Shown: piece by piece, positions 27,341 to 42,130 of the stretch
Layout of the letters: each line of letters begins with the position of its first letter
How positions within the stretch are numbered: position 1 is the first letter of the stretch
Assembly (NCBI RefSeq): GCF_006345805.1
Contig: NC_043001.1
Location: forward strand, 56,792,001 to 56,856,000
DNA: 64,000 nt
Reading direction: 5' to 3'
Source: Octopus sinensis
Taxonomy: Eukaryota
Notes under the pieces: model-generated
What the model saw: the letters and a program-made list of their open reading frames with translations, nothing else
What the model was told of the DNA's origin: nothing
The model's database searches: none
Program-made: the position numbers and the translations under genes

Positions 27341-27963
27341 TTTGTAATTCCTGAATTATTTTCAGCTATAGATTAGAATGGTCAGGTTTTGCTATCTGCT
27401 GTAGTAGCAGCACCAGAGTCAGCAATAGCACAAGCAGCTACACCACCAATTGCGGTAGCGATAAAGGAAATCAGTATTTCACTGTACCTCCTCCTCTTCT
27501 CTTCCTCCCCATCCTCCATTTCACTCCCCTCCTCCTCCCTTCCCCCTCACCCTCCTCATCCTCCTCCGCAAATATAACTGCTATCAAATATAACTATTAC
27601 CAAAAATATCTATAAAATGGCCTCAAGTGCTCACTCAAACATGATTAATAGCTTAACCAGCACGTTTCGGGAAGCACAACCTAAGTATTCAAAGCATAAT
27701 GCATTTGAACTTATCCCAATGTCCTTTCTGGAGAGAAGATTTTGGAAATAAGAGTCAATAATGGTCACGACTGCAAGAAGCACTGAACACTGTCAAACAT
27801 GGACTCAGATTATTCTTCCTTCAATACCAACTAATTGAAATCTGACTATTTCCGTGCAACCAGGCTCTCCTGAGAATAGATACGTATATCTGGATTTAGT
27901 CGGTAAGCAAAATCACTAACTGAACTGCCTAGGTTGTGATATGTAGAAGTTGTAACCACTAAC

Positions 27964-28164
27964 GTGATTAAGATTTATGCCATATTAGCAGACACATATT
28001 AGCAGACGACTACAGGAAGTGGGGCTCGTTAGATAGATTTGGATGGAGTAGTGTGGCAACCGAGTTTCAGAAATTTCTAGGTCTCGGGTTACAGGTTACG
28101 TTTCTTCATTAAAATGATTAGTCATAGGTCTTATAAAGGAATGTAATCTGCCATCGGTACCATC
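27964..28164 (-). pseudogene. CFAP54-like exon, disrupted
   Basis: Acceptor cctgcag, donor gttagt. Reads EET*PVTRDLEISETRLPHYSIQ (cf. recalled ELEVMIEARLQLAAVA). Contains a short tandem duplication (catattagcagac twice). Confidence 0.35.
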
Positions 28165-28189
28165 CTGCAGGTCACTGCGTGTATACATT

Positions 28190-28274
28190 CATCCATCTAT
28201 CCATTCATTCATCCATCCATCCATCCATCCATCCATCCATCCATCCATCCATCCATCCATCCATCCATCCATCC

Positions 28275-28336
<62 letters not shown>

Positions 28337-28339
28337 TTA

Positions 28340-28424
<85 letters not shown>

Positions 28425-28427
28425 TTA

Positions 28428-28500
<73 letters not shown>

Positions 28501-28525
28501 CTGTCTATCTATCTATCTATCTATC

Positions 28526-28562
<37 letters not shown>

Positions 28563-28565
28563 TTA

Positions 28566-28634
<69 letters not shown>

Positions 28635-28637
28635 CTG

Positions 28638-28717
<80 letters not shown>

Positions 28718-28790
28718 ACTATCTATCTATCTATCGCTCTATCTCTCTATCTCTCTATCTCTTTCTCTCTCTCTCTATCTATATATCTCA
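28190..28790. repeat. Long compound (ATCC)n/(TATC)n/(TGTC)n microsatellite
   Basis: Directly visible. Confidence 0.95.
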
Positions 28791-28828
28791 CATTCCATCT
28801 CTCTCTCTATGTAGGTATATATATATAT

Positions 28829-29062
28829 TCTTTTATTTGTTTCAGTCATTCGTTTTCAGCCATGCTGGAGCACTGCTTTTAGACGAGCAAATCGACCCCA
28901 GGACTAATTCTTTGTAAGTTTAGTACTTATTTTATCGGTCATTTTTGCCGAACCGCTAACTTAGGGGACCTAAACATACCAACATTGGTTGTCTTGTGAT
29001 GGTAGTGGGAGGGACAAACACATACGTACACACACGTGCACACACACACACACACACCACAC

Positions 29063-29095
<33 letters not shown>

Positions 29096-29260
29096 CACGA
29101 CAAGCTTCTTTCAGTTTCCGTCTACCAAATCCACTCACAGCGCTTTGGTCGGCCCGATGCTATAATAGAGGATACTTGTCCAAGTTACCATGCAGTGGGA
29201 CTGAACCGGGAATCATGTGGTTGGGAAGCAAGCATTTTACCACACAGCCACTCCTGCGCG
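28829..29260 (-). mobile_element. SINE family A, full length
   Basis: Complete tail-to-head match to the other family-A copies. Confidence 0.9.
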
Positions 29261-29550
29261 TATATGTTTTTCTTTCACACTCTGCGTGTGCATCTGTGTA
29301 TAAGCGCCGGTGCTTTTTATATTTTCTCTTTTTATATCTTATACATTAGTTCGAGAAATAGGTAGCCTCGAAATAATTGCCAAATTGAAATAGTTTCAGA
29401 TGGATGCGTATATTATCGCCTAAACTTTCTAAAATCGTGCCTTGCTCTAGTTATATATACATACACACATAAACACACACACATATACACACATACATAC
29501 ATGCATACATACATACACACACGCACATACATATATACATACAATCATAT

Positions 29551-29601
<51 letters not shown>

Positions 29602-30189
29602 ATATATATATATTAAACATACATAAATTCACATACACACACAGATACACTCATATACTTTTGGTTTTATGACTTGTCATATGTATAGCTGTCAATTTTG
29701 TAGCGAAAGGGTGGATGAACGGTGGGGTTACCATGTTTAATTTTCTATGAAACATACTTGATATTGCTCAAATATCTTTTAGATATTTACAGAGTTTCAA
29801 TCACGCAGAACTATAAATATTTATGTGGTACTGAAATTATTCAAAATCTACTCTCCATCTCTTTTTCTCACCTTTCTTACGACACTAATAAACTTGAATA
29901 TGTTTATATATTCAATTAAAGAAATTACATCACATTAGAGAAATGTGTTCGGCCTTGGTTTTATATTATCGAGAAATAAACAAAGAAATTTTCTAGCTTT
30001 GCTATGCCAGAATAATCTGTTGTATATGCATTGTGTGTTCATATTCTGCTATAAGCCTTTCTTTCAACTCAGCTATATAACGTTATAGTAAAAAATTCTC
30101 CGTGAACTAATTTCGGAAAAGTTCGAATTCAATCCCAGCCTTATAAACCAAAATCTCTCATTAATCGTACTTTATCAAGTTAGTTGCTA

Positions 30190-31640
30190 ACTGGTCCTAA
30201 CAATTGCATCTGGTCCTAACAATATTCCTCTGGCCGTCTTGAATCAGTGTACTTCTGAGATTTCTTCTTTGCTCTTTAAGCTATTTAATCTTTGCCTTAA
30301 TAAGTATTGTTTTCCATCTTGCTGGGACGTATCTCACTTTAGCCAAATTTTTAAGAATGATCCCGAACCTTCTGATCCAAAAAAGTATCACCCTTTTCGC
30401 CACCTATTAGCTGTTAGCAAGGTCTTGGACGGCTCATTATCAATAGCTTGGGGTTCCTTGTTGATGTTCAGTACGGTTTCCGTGACTCTCGTTCTACTGC
30501 TGATCTTATGATTCTTATTACAGACCGCATCTACCGATTTATGGATAAATCAGGAGAGGTTCGTGTAATAGATCTTGATATATCCAAAGCATTTCATGGG
30601 GCTTCTCATGCTGGTTTACTTTTTAAGTTCTCTGCCTATAAAGTATGTGGAAAGGTCTTTGATGTTATTTGGTCATTCCTTTCAGTCGTATGTTCGTGTA
30701 CTCTGGAAGGTGTTACTTCTGAGTATTTTATCAATGCCTGAGTTCCTCAAGGCTCAGATTTTGTCTAACTTCATTTCTCCTCTACATTAACGATCTTCCT
30801 GCCAATGTTTTTCAGATCATCGATGTTTATGCTGATGAGTCTACACTCAGTTCTTATTTACTTGGCAATCCCTATACCTTGAAAAGGTTGGAATTTACAG
30901 TTACTCCTGAAATAGATCTGCAAGGCAATAAGAAACGGAGCGGGAAGTGGCTAGTAGCTTTCATCCCTATCTTTCTCCCATTAGTCTGAAGTGTCACATA
31001 GTGAGGCATTCATGTCACTTGAGGAAAGGTATTCTTTGAATTGATTGGTCTTAATTTTTCACCCGATCTTTCTTGAGGATTCTATATACAGTCCACTGGT
31101 AGGTCTGCTTCCCGTAAGGTGGGTTCAGTGCATAGGTCAAAGGACTACCAACACCCGCGGCTATTTTGCTTCTTTACAAGCCTACAATTCGTCCTAGTAT
31201 GGAATACTGTTGTCATATTTGGGCAGATACATCATCGTCATTTGGATCTCCTCGACCGGGTTTAGAAGCGAGTCTCTAATTTGATTAGTCCCTCTCCTGC
31301 TTCCACCCTGCAACCCTTGTCGCTAGTCAATCTCTTCTATCGTGACTACCACCGAAGAGCTCTGATGAATTTTTAAAATTCCATATCACTTTGTGTCATC
31401 TCGACTGACTCGAATCTCACAGCATCTTCACTCAAATGCTGCTGTGCTTTCTATCGTCGGAGCGTTTTCCCTCGAACTGTTAGAATTTCAAACTCTCTCT
31501 CATCTCCTTATTTTACTTTTCATGACTGACCTCTTTCAAGTCTAAAGTAAATTCATTTCTTACCCTTTATTTCTTCTTTATAGTCCCTTACATAAGGTTT
31601 TTCGCCTTATTTGGGACTTTCAAAAAAAAACCCCAAAAAA
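30190..31640 (+). mobile_element. 5-prime-truncated CR1/L2-group LINE: decayed reverse transcriptase with intact 3-prime end
   Basis: ASGPNNIP, FPSCW, QYGFRDSRST, LDISKAF, VPQGS, FLLYINDLP, VYADES and YKPTIRPSMEYCCHIWA occur in order. 3-prime stem-loop at 31582-31618 followed by an A-rich tail. Confidence 0.92.
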
Positions 31641-34600
31641 CAAAGAAATTGAATATCCATTTTTCTTCGCTGTACAATCGGCGGAGAATAAGAGAAAAGT
31701 GTCATCATAGCGGGGCTTCGACCTCCGATCAGAAAGCTGATTCGTGATTACTCACCGCGTTAGCAATGTCAACCAGTCCTCCTTCAAATCACACTATATT
31801 GCATTATTTAATGACAAGGCATATAAGAAAAGATAACGAGGACCAACATAACGAAACGGTCATGGCTAGAATAGTTTGATCATAGGTTTGCTTTTCCATG
31901 ACAGACCACTGGTAAAAGAAGTGTTCCATGTTTATACGAATGAAATAGTAACGATTTTCGAGTCGTAAAGGCTTCAGCGATATAAAACCTGGTTGTCTTT
32001 TGTTGAAAAATTACAACAGAAATTAGAAATAGACATGCAATTTAATTATTGACCTATTTTTGATTAAACCCGGCATTAAACTGCAATAAACTGCTGCATG
32101 GAACAACAGCATATTCTACATGACAGCCTCGTTACTTTATCTACTGATGAGTGAAATAAAAGTGGGATCACTTTGTTTCGTTTTTGTTTTGCTAGACTTA
32201 CTGGAGCCAGTGAAATATATGTTGCTCAGGGTGCAAAAAACGATAGTAGTAAAATTTGAACATGTGACTGTTTGTTGAGTAGTCACAAATATTAATAGTG
32301 ATATTTAATCTAGGCAGAAACGATCAAATTTAGGGAAAAGATAAGATAATTTGCTTTATTGAGTTCGGAAATAAGATAAAAAGTAGTTATCATCAGTGGC
32401 ATTTGAACTCAGCTAATACTCTTTCAATGATTTCCTTGACTTAGATTTTCTTCATGTCTGTGTATATGTATGTGTGTATGTATGTGTGTATGTATGCATG
32501 TATGTACCGTTGTTGCTGCTTTTTTGGTAGAATCATGCCTTTTATTTAACCAAATAGCAAGAGCACCGACAAAGTTAGCTATTTGTTTCCTTATCTTAGT
32601 TAATAATAACTTTCAATATCAGTGTTGTGTCACACTCCTGTCATGAAACACTGAGGTGATAGCAGTTATTAACTAAATGAAAGAAATGCTCAAATCAATA
32701 AATAACTACTATAGCTGGTTGCTTTATATTACAGCTGTAAACGGGACGAACAGAGTAAAATTTATGAGTTTTTTTTCATTAGCCCAGAAGTTTCACAAGA
32801 CCTGTATGGCTAAAGTTAAAAAGTAAATTTTCTAAGAAACACTAAACAAAGATAAAATCTTCTATAACGTCTGTATAATCCAATTAATTATACAACACAT
32901 CACCTCATCCATCACCCCCAACACTAATATCAATTTCACTGCCACCATTATCATGATCAATAACAAAACTACTGATTTAAGTTCCCCTTACAGATGAATT
33001 GTTTGTATTTGTAAAAGCATCCAACTGTATAACATATACTGTAAAAATCGACACAATTTAGAAGTCTATCCAACCAATAGAAGCATATAGAATATAAAGC
33101 AGTAAATAAAAATATTTAAAAACAATAATAAATAAAATGTCAATCAGTATTACTTGGAGTAGAATGTTCCTACAATCTATAGAAGAAATACGCACGCGTG
33201 CACATACACACACACACGCATACATACATACATACATACATACATACATACATACAAACATACATATATCCATGTATATATATGTATATATATATATATA
33301 TATATATGCATATATATCATACACGTACACATGCGCGCGCGCACACACACATATATATATATATGTTTATTACATTATATGCATATACACACATATATGT
33401 TTGTATTTTTATATATGCATGTATATATATATATTATATATATATCTGTGTGTATGAGAGTGTGTATGAGTACAAACGTATAATTTCCCATTTTATTAAT
33501 CCTCATTGAAGAATATAGCACTACTTACTGATCGATGTTGAACACTAGTTTGTCAATATAGATTAATGCCAAATGCTAACCAATCAATATGGATCAATAA
33601 GCAAACTGGGTAATCACAATTGATTGAACCCAAATGTTAGGTAGTTGATGATGGTATTGATCCTCTGCAAACATATTGGCAATCGGTTTCACGGGAAAAT
33701 ATATAGAATTCTTTGTGGAAATTCTATACCTGTTCAATCAGGAACAGCAAATTTGTTAAATGCTTTTTCTTTTTCACTCGAGTTTCTGTAGTTTTCCAGT
33801 TGTGGTTTTATGTTCTATTGTCTCATAACTTAAAACTCCCACTTGCATATGGATTGAATTGGCTTATTCCACAAATCTACGAAACAGATTTTATTCGTCG
33901 CCCTATTTTAACACACACATAAGTCAAACTTTTCTGAATGCATGTCTGGTTCAGAAGATAGAGAACCAAGCAAAATTCTTTGGTTTCAATTTCCTGTGGC
34001 ATAAAGTTCTTTTAATCCAGACAAGTTTGGTATATACTTTATAATTCTATAGTTTTTGATTATAACACGTAAATCTTATAAGACATTGTTGTATCATTAA
34101 GAAGTTTTGCTTCATTTTCACTCGGCTGCAGGTTTGATATCATTGAGCGTTACCTTCGGGAAGTACCTTCAACTGTAGCTATGAGTTGACCAATGCGATC
34201 GGAGATAGTAGACGGAATCAGCGCGGAAAATCAAAGTATAAATTTGTGCGCGCACGTTGGCGTATGTGCATGAGTGTGTTTGTTTGTTTGTGTGTGCGTG
34301 TGTGCGTGTGTGTATGTGTGTGTATATACTGGTATAAAATAGTTCGTTGAGTTACTGCTCTTTACGGCAAAGAGTAAATATAGAAATTCAATAAACAGAA
34401 AACGATGAAATTCTTTGGGATTATTCTTGAAAACAGTGTCCCAGGAAGACCGGTGTTCTAGAAGCGAAAGCAGTAAAATAAAGATTCCTAACATAACAAG
34501 ATCATAAATTTGGTGGAAGATTTTAGTCAATTAATTTCTGACACCTGTATTTGACTGGTGATTTATTTTATCGCACACACAGAAGGATGAAAAAAAGAAA

Positions 34601-34901
34601 AAATCCGAAGTTGACTTCTGCGGGTTTTGAATTGGGCCAGAAGAAACGCAAGACATGTTCTGATGCTTTTAGAATTTTGCTAATTCAACGTACTAGTATA
34701 ATAATTCGTAATATAAGAATATAAGCAACTGGTGAGAAGTTTGTGGGATATGTTTCTCCAATAAATCGACCTCAATATTTAACTCGTAATTCATTGTACC
34801 GATCACAGAGAGATGGAAGACAAATATGGCTTTGGTAGGTGTTCAAATAATGATGTAGTGAAATGCTTACTAAGATTTCTTTCTCGTTATTATTGCTGTA
34901 A

Positions 34902-35108
34902 GGCGGCGAACTAGCAGAAACGTTAGCACGCCGGGTCGAAATGCTTAGCAGTATTTCGTTTGTCCTTACGTTCTGAGTTCAAATTCTGCTGAGGTTAACT
35001 TTGCCTTTCATCCTTTTGGGGTCGATAAATTAAATACTAGCCGTGTACTGGGGTCGATCTAATAGACTGAACCTCTCCACCAAAATCTTGTGCCTAGAGT
35101 AGAAAAGA
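34902..35108 (+). mobile_element. SINE family C with 15-bp target-site duplication
   Basis: Head ggcggcgaactagcagaaacgttagc; flanked by ttattattgctgtaa (34887-34901) and ttattattactgtaa (35109-35123). Confidence 0.92.
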
Positions 35109-35602
35109 TTATTATTACTGTAACAATAAAACTGGACAACGGATGTCGGAGTAAGACTGCAGCAGAAGTGGCAAATAAGTAACACTAAGATTACAGCTGG
35201 AGACAAGTTGAAGTGTCGGTGTGAAAAAGGGCTGCATTATTAAAAGCGTTAAATGATATTTATTTAACTTTATTTATTTAACAATAGAATCTTAACTTAA
35301 TTTATTCAACGATTATAATCTTATAATGAATTAACTGCTATCAGTTCTAAAGCTTTATAAATCCATAGAGATGAGTATATTTCAAAAATGTATTTATTGA
35401 TTCTTACTACTGGTCATAGCTTGACATGACTGAGGGCTATACTGTAAGTTGTGTAGTACCCCTGTTAGGATTTCCCATTTCGGGAAGGTAGTGAAATAGT
35501 AACCAAACTGAATACAGCCAACCCCACTTCAAATCCTGCCTCCCTCGTTTCACACGTGGTACAGAGAAACGTCTTCGAACCATAATGTATGCATCACCCC
35601 AC

Positions 35603-35822
35603 CCTTGATGGTTGAATTCCATCGTAAACAAATCCACGCCATTGGCATTTCTTCCTCATGGGATTTTCTTCAGCAGGGAGAAATTCTCGGATGGGAAACA
35701 GCCGTCTCCGACGGTAGCAATTACTGGAGAATAACATTATGTAATAACATTGCCCATTTGTTAAATCGCTTATCATAAGTTGTTTCTGTTATTTTCACCT
35801 CTATGATTTCACCTCTAACTAT
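35603..35822 (-). pseudogene. CFAP54-like exon, disrupted
   Basis: Strong acceptor tttttactgtttttatttctacatcag. Reads IVRGEIIEVKITETTYDKRFNKWAMLLHNV (cf. recalled EARILKIEVLIDLRFFSEA), then stop or frameshift. Donor uncertain. Confidence 0.4.
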
Positions 35823-36545
35823 CTGATGTAGAAATAAAAACAGTAAAAAGTTCATAACACATATATAGTAACTAATTTCAGTAATCAGCATGCCAGACTC
35901 TCTATCATGTAATAGGTCGCCAGTAATTTTCATGCTTCGAAGTTAGTCATTGAATATGATATGATGTTCTTTTGCTTTTGCCTCAAATTGTTACTGATAA
36001 TGACTAAAATCTGATAAACTTTTTATAAAAAAGTTATTTTAAGACATTCGAGTTTTAAAATCAATAGATTTTTGATTATGACTAATTTTTCTGACTCAAT
36101 TCTCACCAGTACAGAAGAAGACTTAAGTTTGCCTTGGGATTTGGCTTGCATTCAGTTCAATTAAATTTCTCTATAAATATTTCAAGCAAGCTTTATAGAA
36201 GACTGTATACTAATGTTCTCTTGAAATACACTTATCCGTCCTTAGTAAGTGAGAAACTTTGGTTAACATGAAACCTGTTTTCAGAGGTGTGCAACCCAAC
36301 TTTTAATTTAATACGTATTTAAAATGTTCAGTGAATATCAAACTTTTAATCTACGTGCAACCTAACATTGAAGGAACAGGTTCTGTAATGGGATGTGTTA
36401 TGTGAAAATCCTCATGATGCAACATGATTTTGATAGGCGTCCCTTTAATAGCACATGTCTGAAACTCTCTCTTTGTTCGACATATTCCTTTCAAATTTTT
36501 GCATTGAAAATTGTAAACTGAAAATGCATTGCATTATTTCTATCC

Positions 36546-36666
<121 letters not shown>

Positions 36667-37005
36667 TGTGTGTATTTATTTATATATTCATATATTTGTG
36701 TCTCTCGACTGCAGCAAAAGTATTGACAGTGTCCCAAGGATTTTGTCAGCGATTGATGACGTCAGCAACCAACTAAACTTTCAGATTTTTGATAAAATCC
36801 TTAAGAACCATTTTTTTCTTAGCGGTTAGGCTGACCCGAGAAAGTAGGTGCTTAAATCGTTAGAATCCCAGTTGTTGTAAAGAACTGAAGCATTTTTGGA
36901 TAAACAACGTATTGGCGAGTCATTAACGGTTTTTTTGTCTTTTGCATTCCCTGTGACAGACCATAGATTACATATAGATGGCTTGTCTAGTGACTAGTCG
37001 TAACA

Positions 37006-37313
37006 TGTGCATGGCTCAGTGGTAAGAGCATCGGGTTCAAAATCATGAAGCAGATGTTTCGATTCTCGGACCGGGCTATGTGTTGCGTTCTTGAGCAGGA
37101 TACTTTATTTCAAGTTACTCCAGTTCCCTCAGCTGTAGAAATGAATTGTGTCGTCACTGATGCCAAGCTGTATCGGCCTTTGCCTTTCCCTTGGATAACA
37201 TCGGTGGCATGGAGAGGAGAGGCTGGTATGCATATGACTGCTGTTCTTCCATAATCAGCCTTGCCCGGATTTGTACCTAGAGGGGTAACTTTCTAGGAAG
37301 ATCTTTACCTTAC
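37006..37313 (+). mobile_element. SINE family B with 12-bp target-site duplication
   Basis: Head gcatggctcagtggtaagag; flanked by ctagtcgtaaca (36994-37005) and ctagtcgtgaca (37314-37325). Confidence 0.9.
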
Positions 37314-37343
37314 CTAGTCGTGACACACATAGTTTGTCTAGTG

Positions 37344-37631
37344 CAGTGGTTCTCAACCATTTTTTTAATTACTATTCTATTTTTTGATGGACCCCACAAA
37401 AGAACTAGATGCGTAAAAACTGTTTTATAGATGCTTATTTCAAAGTTCCTGTTTAGTTTTACACACTATTTGTGTAAATCAAACTATATATAACGTTAGA
37501 GAAATAAAAACCTGTTTCTTGCAATAAATGTATTTAAATCAAAATTTTCCATGGACCCTTGAAATACCACTGTGGATCCTTAATTTGCTATTTTGACTGG
37601 GTTCCCTCCAAAATCTTACATGCACCCCAGG
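37344..37631 (+). mobile_element. Non-autonomous hAT/Charlie-like element, right end missing
   Basis: Starts cagtggttctcaacc (Charlie/MER5-type TIR) right after gtctagtg (NTCTAGAN-like target). Internal ggacccc motifs. Runs into a family-A SINE tail at about 37629-37730. Confidence 0.55.
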
Positions 37632-38667
37632 CTTAATAAATAAGTCGTGGGGTCGATTTGTTCGATTAAAACACTTGAAAGCTGTGCTCCAGCATAGCCG
37701 CAATTAAATGACTGAAACAAATAAAAGAAAAAACTTAAAAGTGATGTAGGTATGTGTCTATGACGACCCCTGTCTCTATACAGACCCTTGTATCTATACA
37801 CACTTATGTCTATACGTAGCAATGAGTGTCTGAGTAAATACAATGGACCTTGATATGGTCGGAAAAAGGAAAAATTTACATTTTGTTGTACAAATTCTGA
37901 TGATTTGATGACGTAATCTGGTTGCATAGTATAACCGTCTACAATTGATCTCTTCATGAATGAAACACATGTAAGATTTTAATGAATACATGTACGAACA
38001 ACACAAATCTCCAAACAAACAAGCACAAACTGATACCGATATCTGCAAATTTCTATATTTCTCCATTTGCGTAGGTTAGTATGTATATATTTATATATGT
38101 AGATAGATATACACATGTGTCTGTATGTGAATGTGTATTTGTTTCTATTTATGTGCATGTGTACTTATAAGAATGTATGCATGCATATGTGTGTGCGTGT
38201 GTATTTATATGCATATATGTATTTGTAAAAATACAGTTAAATATGTATATGTATACCTATGTATGCATTTACGTAAGTTTGTATGTATGCATGTATGTAT
38301 GTCTGTATGTATATATGTATGCATGTATGTATATGTAAATGTACATGCATGAGCTTGTTTGACGAGAATGGATATAAAATGAAATTGAAAATAATATTTA
38401 AATTCCAGTGTTTTTTAGCGATTTCCAGTGTTTTCCCAGTGTACTTCAAGTGATTCTTATGAATGGTTTTATGATTAAGCCAAAACATTTTAAAGAAGGA
38501 AGGGGGAAAGAAGTTAAAGCGAACTAGAGGAAATGAAGAAGAAAATTTGAAGTAAAAGACATGGAAATAATGTCTATAAAAGATAAGAAATAAAAAGAAA
38601 ATCTTGGAATTCTGCAATGATGTAAACCAACGAGTTTGATTATTTGTAAGTGCGTCAATGCTTGCAT

Positions 38668-38743
<76 letters not shown>

Positions 38744-39349
38744 TACACAATTTTGTGCGCAAGCGCTTGTCTTATTCTGCTTGTGGTCGCGTTTCAGTGT
38801 TTTTTATTTGTTTTTTATATCTTGATCTTTCTTAAGGAATGCATTTTATTTTCTGCAGTAGTCTGACTTCACCCGAAGTTTCCTTTTCTGATAATCATCG
38901 AAAACAAGTGAAACGTTGAGTGTAAAAATAATGGGAGAGGTGGAGAGTTTTATGTGACAATTCTTCAACCAAGCTTGTAAATTTTGGCCCCTGGAATAAA
39001 TGAAAAAAAAATATATATCATATTAAGAAAAATGAAACAAAATTCACGGAGATTAAAAATATAGAAGTAATATAACACAACGAATAAAATTTAGAATTAT
39101 TACAAAACAGGCAAATATAAATTTAGCAAAAGACCTATTACACTCTCTGCAAATATACACATATTTTGAAAACTACAACAAAAAATGAATATAAATGCGA
39201 CACACAAAATAACAGCAACACCAACATCCTCCTCCACACCAACAACAATATCAACGACAACATTAACAATAACAGAATCACATGCAGAATGGCCCTGGAA
39301 TTTCGATGAGGTAAATAACAGAGTATTAAAATAACAACAACGATAAATA

Positions 39350-39400
39350 ATGACGACGACGACGACGATGATGATAATGATGGCGATGATGATGATGATG

Positions 39401-39467
<67 letters not shown>

Positions 39468-39600
39468 TCTTGATGATGACGAGGATGATGATGATGACGA
39501 TGATTATGATGGTGGCGATAACAACAACAATAAAAGCAATAAGGATGATGACGATGATGATGGTTGTGCTGGTGGTATTGATGGTGATGATGAGGATGAA
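39350..39600. repeat. (GAT)n/(AAT)n microsatellite
   Basis: Directly visible. Confidence 0.95.
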
Positions 39601-40780
39601 AATAATAACACTGACAAATAAAGAGAAATAAGCAAACAAATAAATAATTAATGGTAAGAGCAAAATCAAACACTTACTAGGAGCACCATTAACAAAATAA
39701 TAATATACACGGCAAGACAAAAACAACAAGCTTAGCAAACTGTCAGAAATTTCAAACCATTAATCCATTTCTTTTTAATTTTTTTAACTTCTTACTCATG
39801 CTTCATTTAAATTTAGTTTTCTACTTAAAATACCCCATGCCCTTTTACTCTCTTTCTTAAACGTTCATACACATTCCCCCCCATCTGTCTATCTTGCTCT
39901 CTGTTTTTGTCAAGCTCTGTTCCTCTCTAATCATCTTTACTCTCTTTCGATTCCAATTTTATTATCGACTCTTTTGTTCAGTTTATCACTATCTGCCTTC
40001 TATGAGTATGTAAGGAAGGACAGTGTGACTCTAATTCTGAGTGCGCACATATTGGGGAGATATTTTAAATAAGAGAAGTGGAAAGGGAGAAGGAATATAC
40101 GAGAAAGACGCGAAATACATGACAGGTCCAGTATATGCATATATTAGTTTAACTACACATGCATCTATGTGTGCCTGTAATGTGGGTCTATTATTTTTTA
40201 AAAAATCTGACTCAATCTTCGTAGATGCTCTTGATTTTAATGTGTATATGTGTGTGCATGTGTGTGAATGTGTGTGCGCGCGCGCGTGTGTGTGTGTGTG
40301 TGTATGTGTGTGGTGGATGTGAGTGTCGTAAGAGTGCAATGTTTCTCTGAGTGACAGTACGCTATATACACGCACGTGTGTGTGTGTGTGCGATAGATTG
40401 TTACCAGTCAAGAGGTTAGTAAGACCAATCTCCCTCGGAGTAGTAAATATCAGAATTTCAGTGGAGACGCAGTTTGGTCTCTATTCAGAAACAATATATT
40501 AGTGTGCCTGTGTTTTGTCGTATGTTTTTCTCGGTGTGTTTATACACTCTCCTACACACCCACCCACACACGCACATACACACATACACACACCCACACA
40601 CACATGTATATTTATATATATGCAGTGTATATGGATATAACCCGCGCACTTGTGAATGTGACTTCGGAGTTTTTCTGCTCGTGGTTTCGTCAAACTGAAA
40701 TGTTATATAGTTTCTCATATATTTTGAACATGTTTGTGGTTGCTAAGTAGGTGTGCTTTTATCGTACTTTGTCGTATTAA

Positions 40781-40976
40781 TCTTTTACTTGTTTCAGTCA
40801 TTTGATTGTGGCCATGCTGGAGCACCGCCTTTAGTCGAACAAATCGACCCCAGGACTTATTCTTTGTAAGCCTACCGCTTATTCTATCGGTTACTTTTGC
40901 CGAACCGCTAAGTTACGGTGACGTAAACACACCACCATCGGTTGTCAAGCGATGTTGGGAGGACAAACTGACACAC

Positions 40977-41062
<86 letters not shown>

Positions 41063-41223
41063 GATGGGTTTCTTTCAGTTTCCGTCTACCAAATCCACTC
41101 ACAAAGCTATGGTCGGCCCGAGGCTATAGTAGAAACACTTGCCCAAGGTGCTACGCAGTGGGACTGAACCAGAAACCCTCTGGTTGGTAAGCCTGCAGCT
41201 ACTTACCACACAGTCACTCCTGC
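40781..41223 (-). mobile_element. SINE family A, young full-length copy
   Basis: Near reverse complement of 44737-45142. Confidence 0.93.
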
Positions 41224-41574
41224 TATATAAAGATATTTATGAATTGTTTGACTGGGTGGGTAGAAATAAAGAAACACCAAGTGTTTAATATAATATATTT
41301 GATATTTGTTAATATATTTAACGGAAATAGCTTTCGATAAATTTACATAAGGAGAGAATGTGAGGGAGTCGATTTAAAAACAGTAGATGAAAAGGAATAC
41401 AACAATTAATTTTGCGGTGTAAAAGAAGCGAGTTGAAATGGAAAATGTTTGATTTAAAGCATATATGTAAGTACTGATGAAAAGTTATATTTATGCGATT
41501 GCAGGTCAAAGTCAAGTCAAGTTGTATTCTTTGATATGTCGAATCGAAGCATATTTTGAAATACTGGTAGTATT

Positions 41575-41790
41575 ATCATAGTTTCACAGCCAGTAATTTC
41601 GGGGTGAGCTAGTAAGTCTATTACATCGAAACTAGAGACGAATTGGTACTTGTTTTTTTCTTTTGACCCCCACCACATGGATGAAAAGCAAAGCTGATTT
41701 CGATGGAATTTTTTACACAAAACGCAAAGACTGACGAAATGCCCTTAATAATTTTGCCCAGTGTGCTAACGATTGTGCCAGCTCGCCACA
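41575..41790 (-). mobile_element. SINE family C, diverged
   Basis: Head tgctaacgattgtgccagctcgcc; body ggtacttg..gacccc..ggatgaaaagcaaag. Confidence 0.75.
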
Positions 41791-41799
41791 CTGAAATAC

Positions 41800-42091
41800 T
41801 CTTTAATCTTTTACTTGTTTCAGTAAAAGCCCATGCTCGACCTTATTCGAAGAAATCGACCCCATGAGTTATTCCATGTAAACCTAGTACTTATTCTACG
41901 AGGACATAAAGACACCAACACCAACTGTCAAGCGACAACGGGGTTCTTTCAGTTTCCGTTTATCAAATCTACTCACAAAGCTTTGGTCGGTCCAAGGCTA
42001 TAGTAAAAGACACTTGCGCAAGGTGCCACGCGGTGGAACTGAACCGGAAACCATGTGGTTGGGAAGCAAGCTTTTTACTACACTGCCACGC
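41800..42091 (-). mobile_element. SINE family A, internally deleted (no microsatellite core)
   Basis: Head and tail present; central modules missing. Confidence 0.85.
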
Positions 42092-42130
42092 ACATATATT
42101 CATGCATCCAAACATACATATATTCCTGTA

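Noticed and set aside
33640-34100. L1/Tx1 C-terminal fragment on the minus strand
   Set aside because: Only strand skew and one loose EIET motif; insufficient support.
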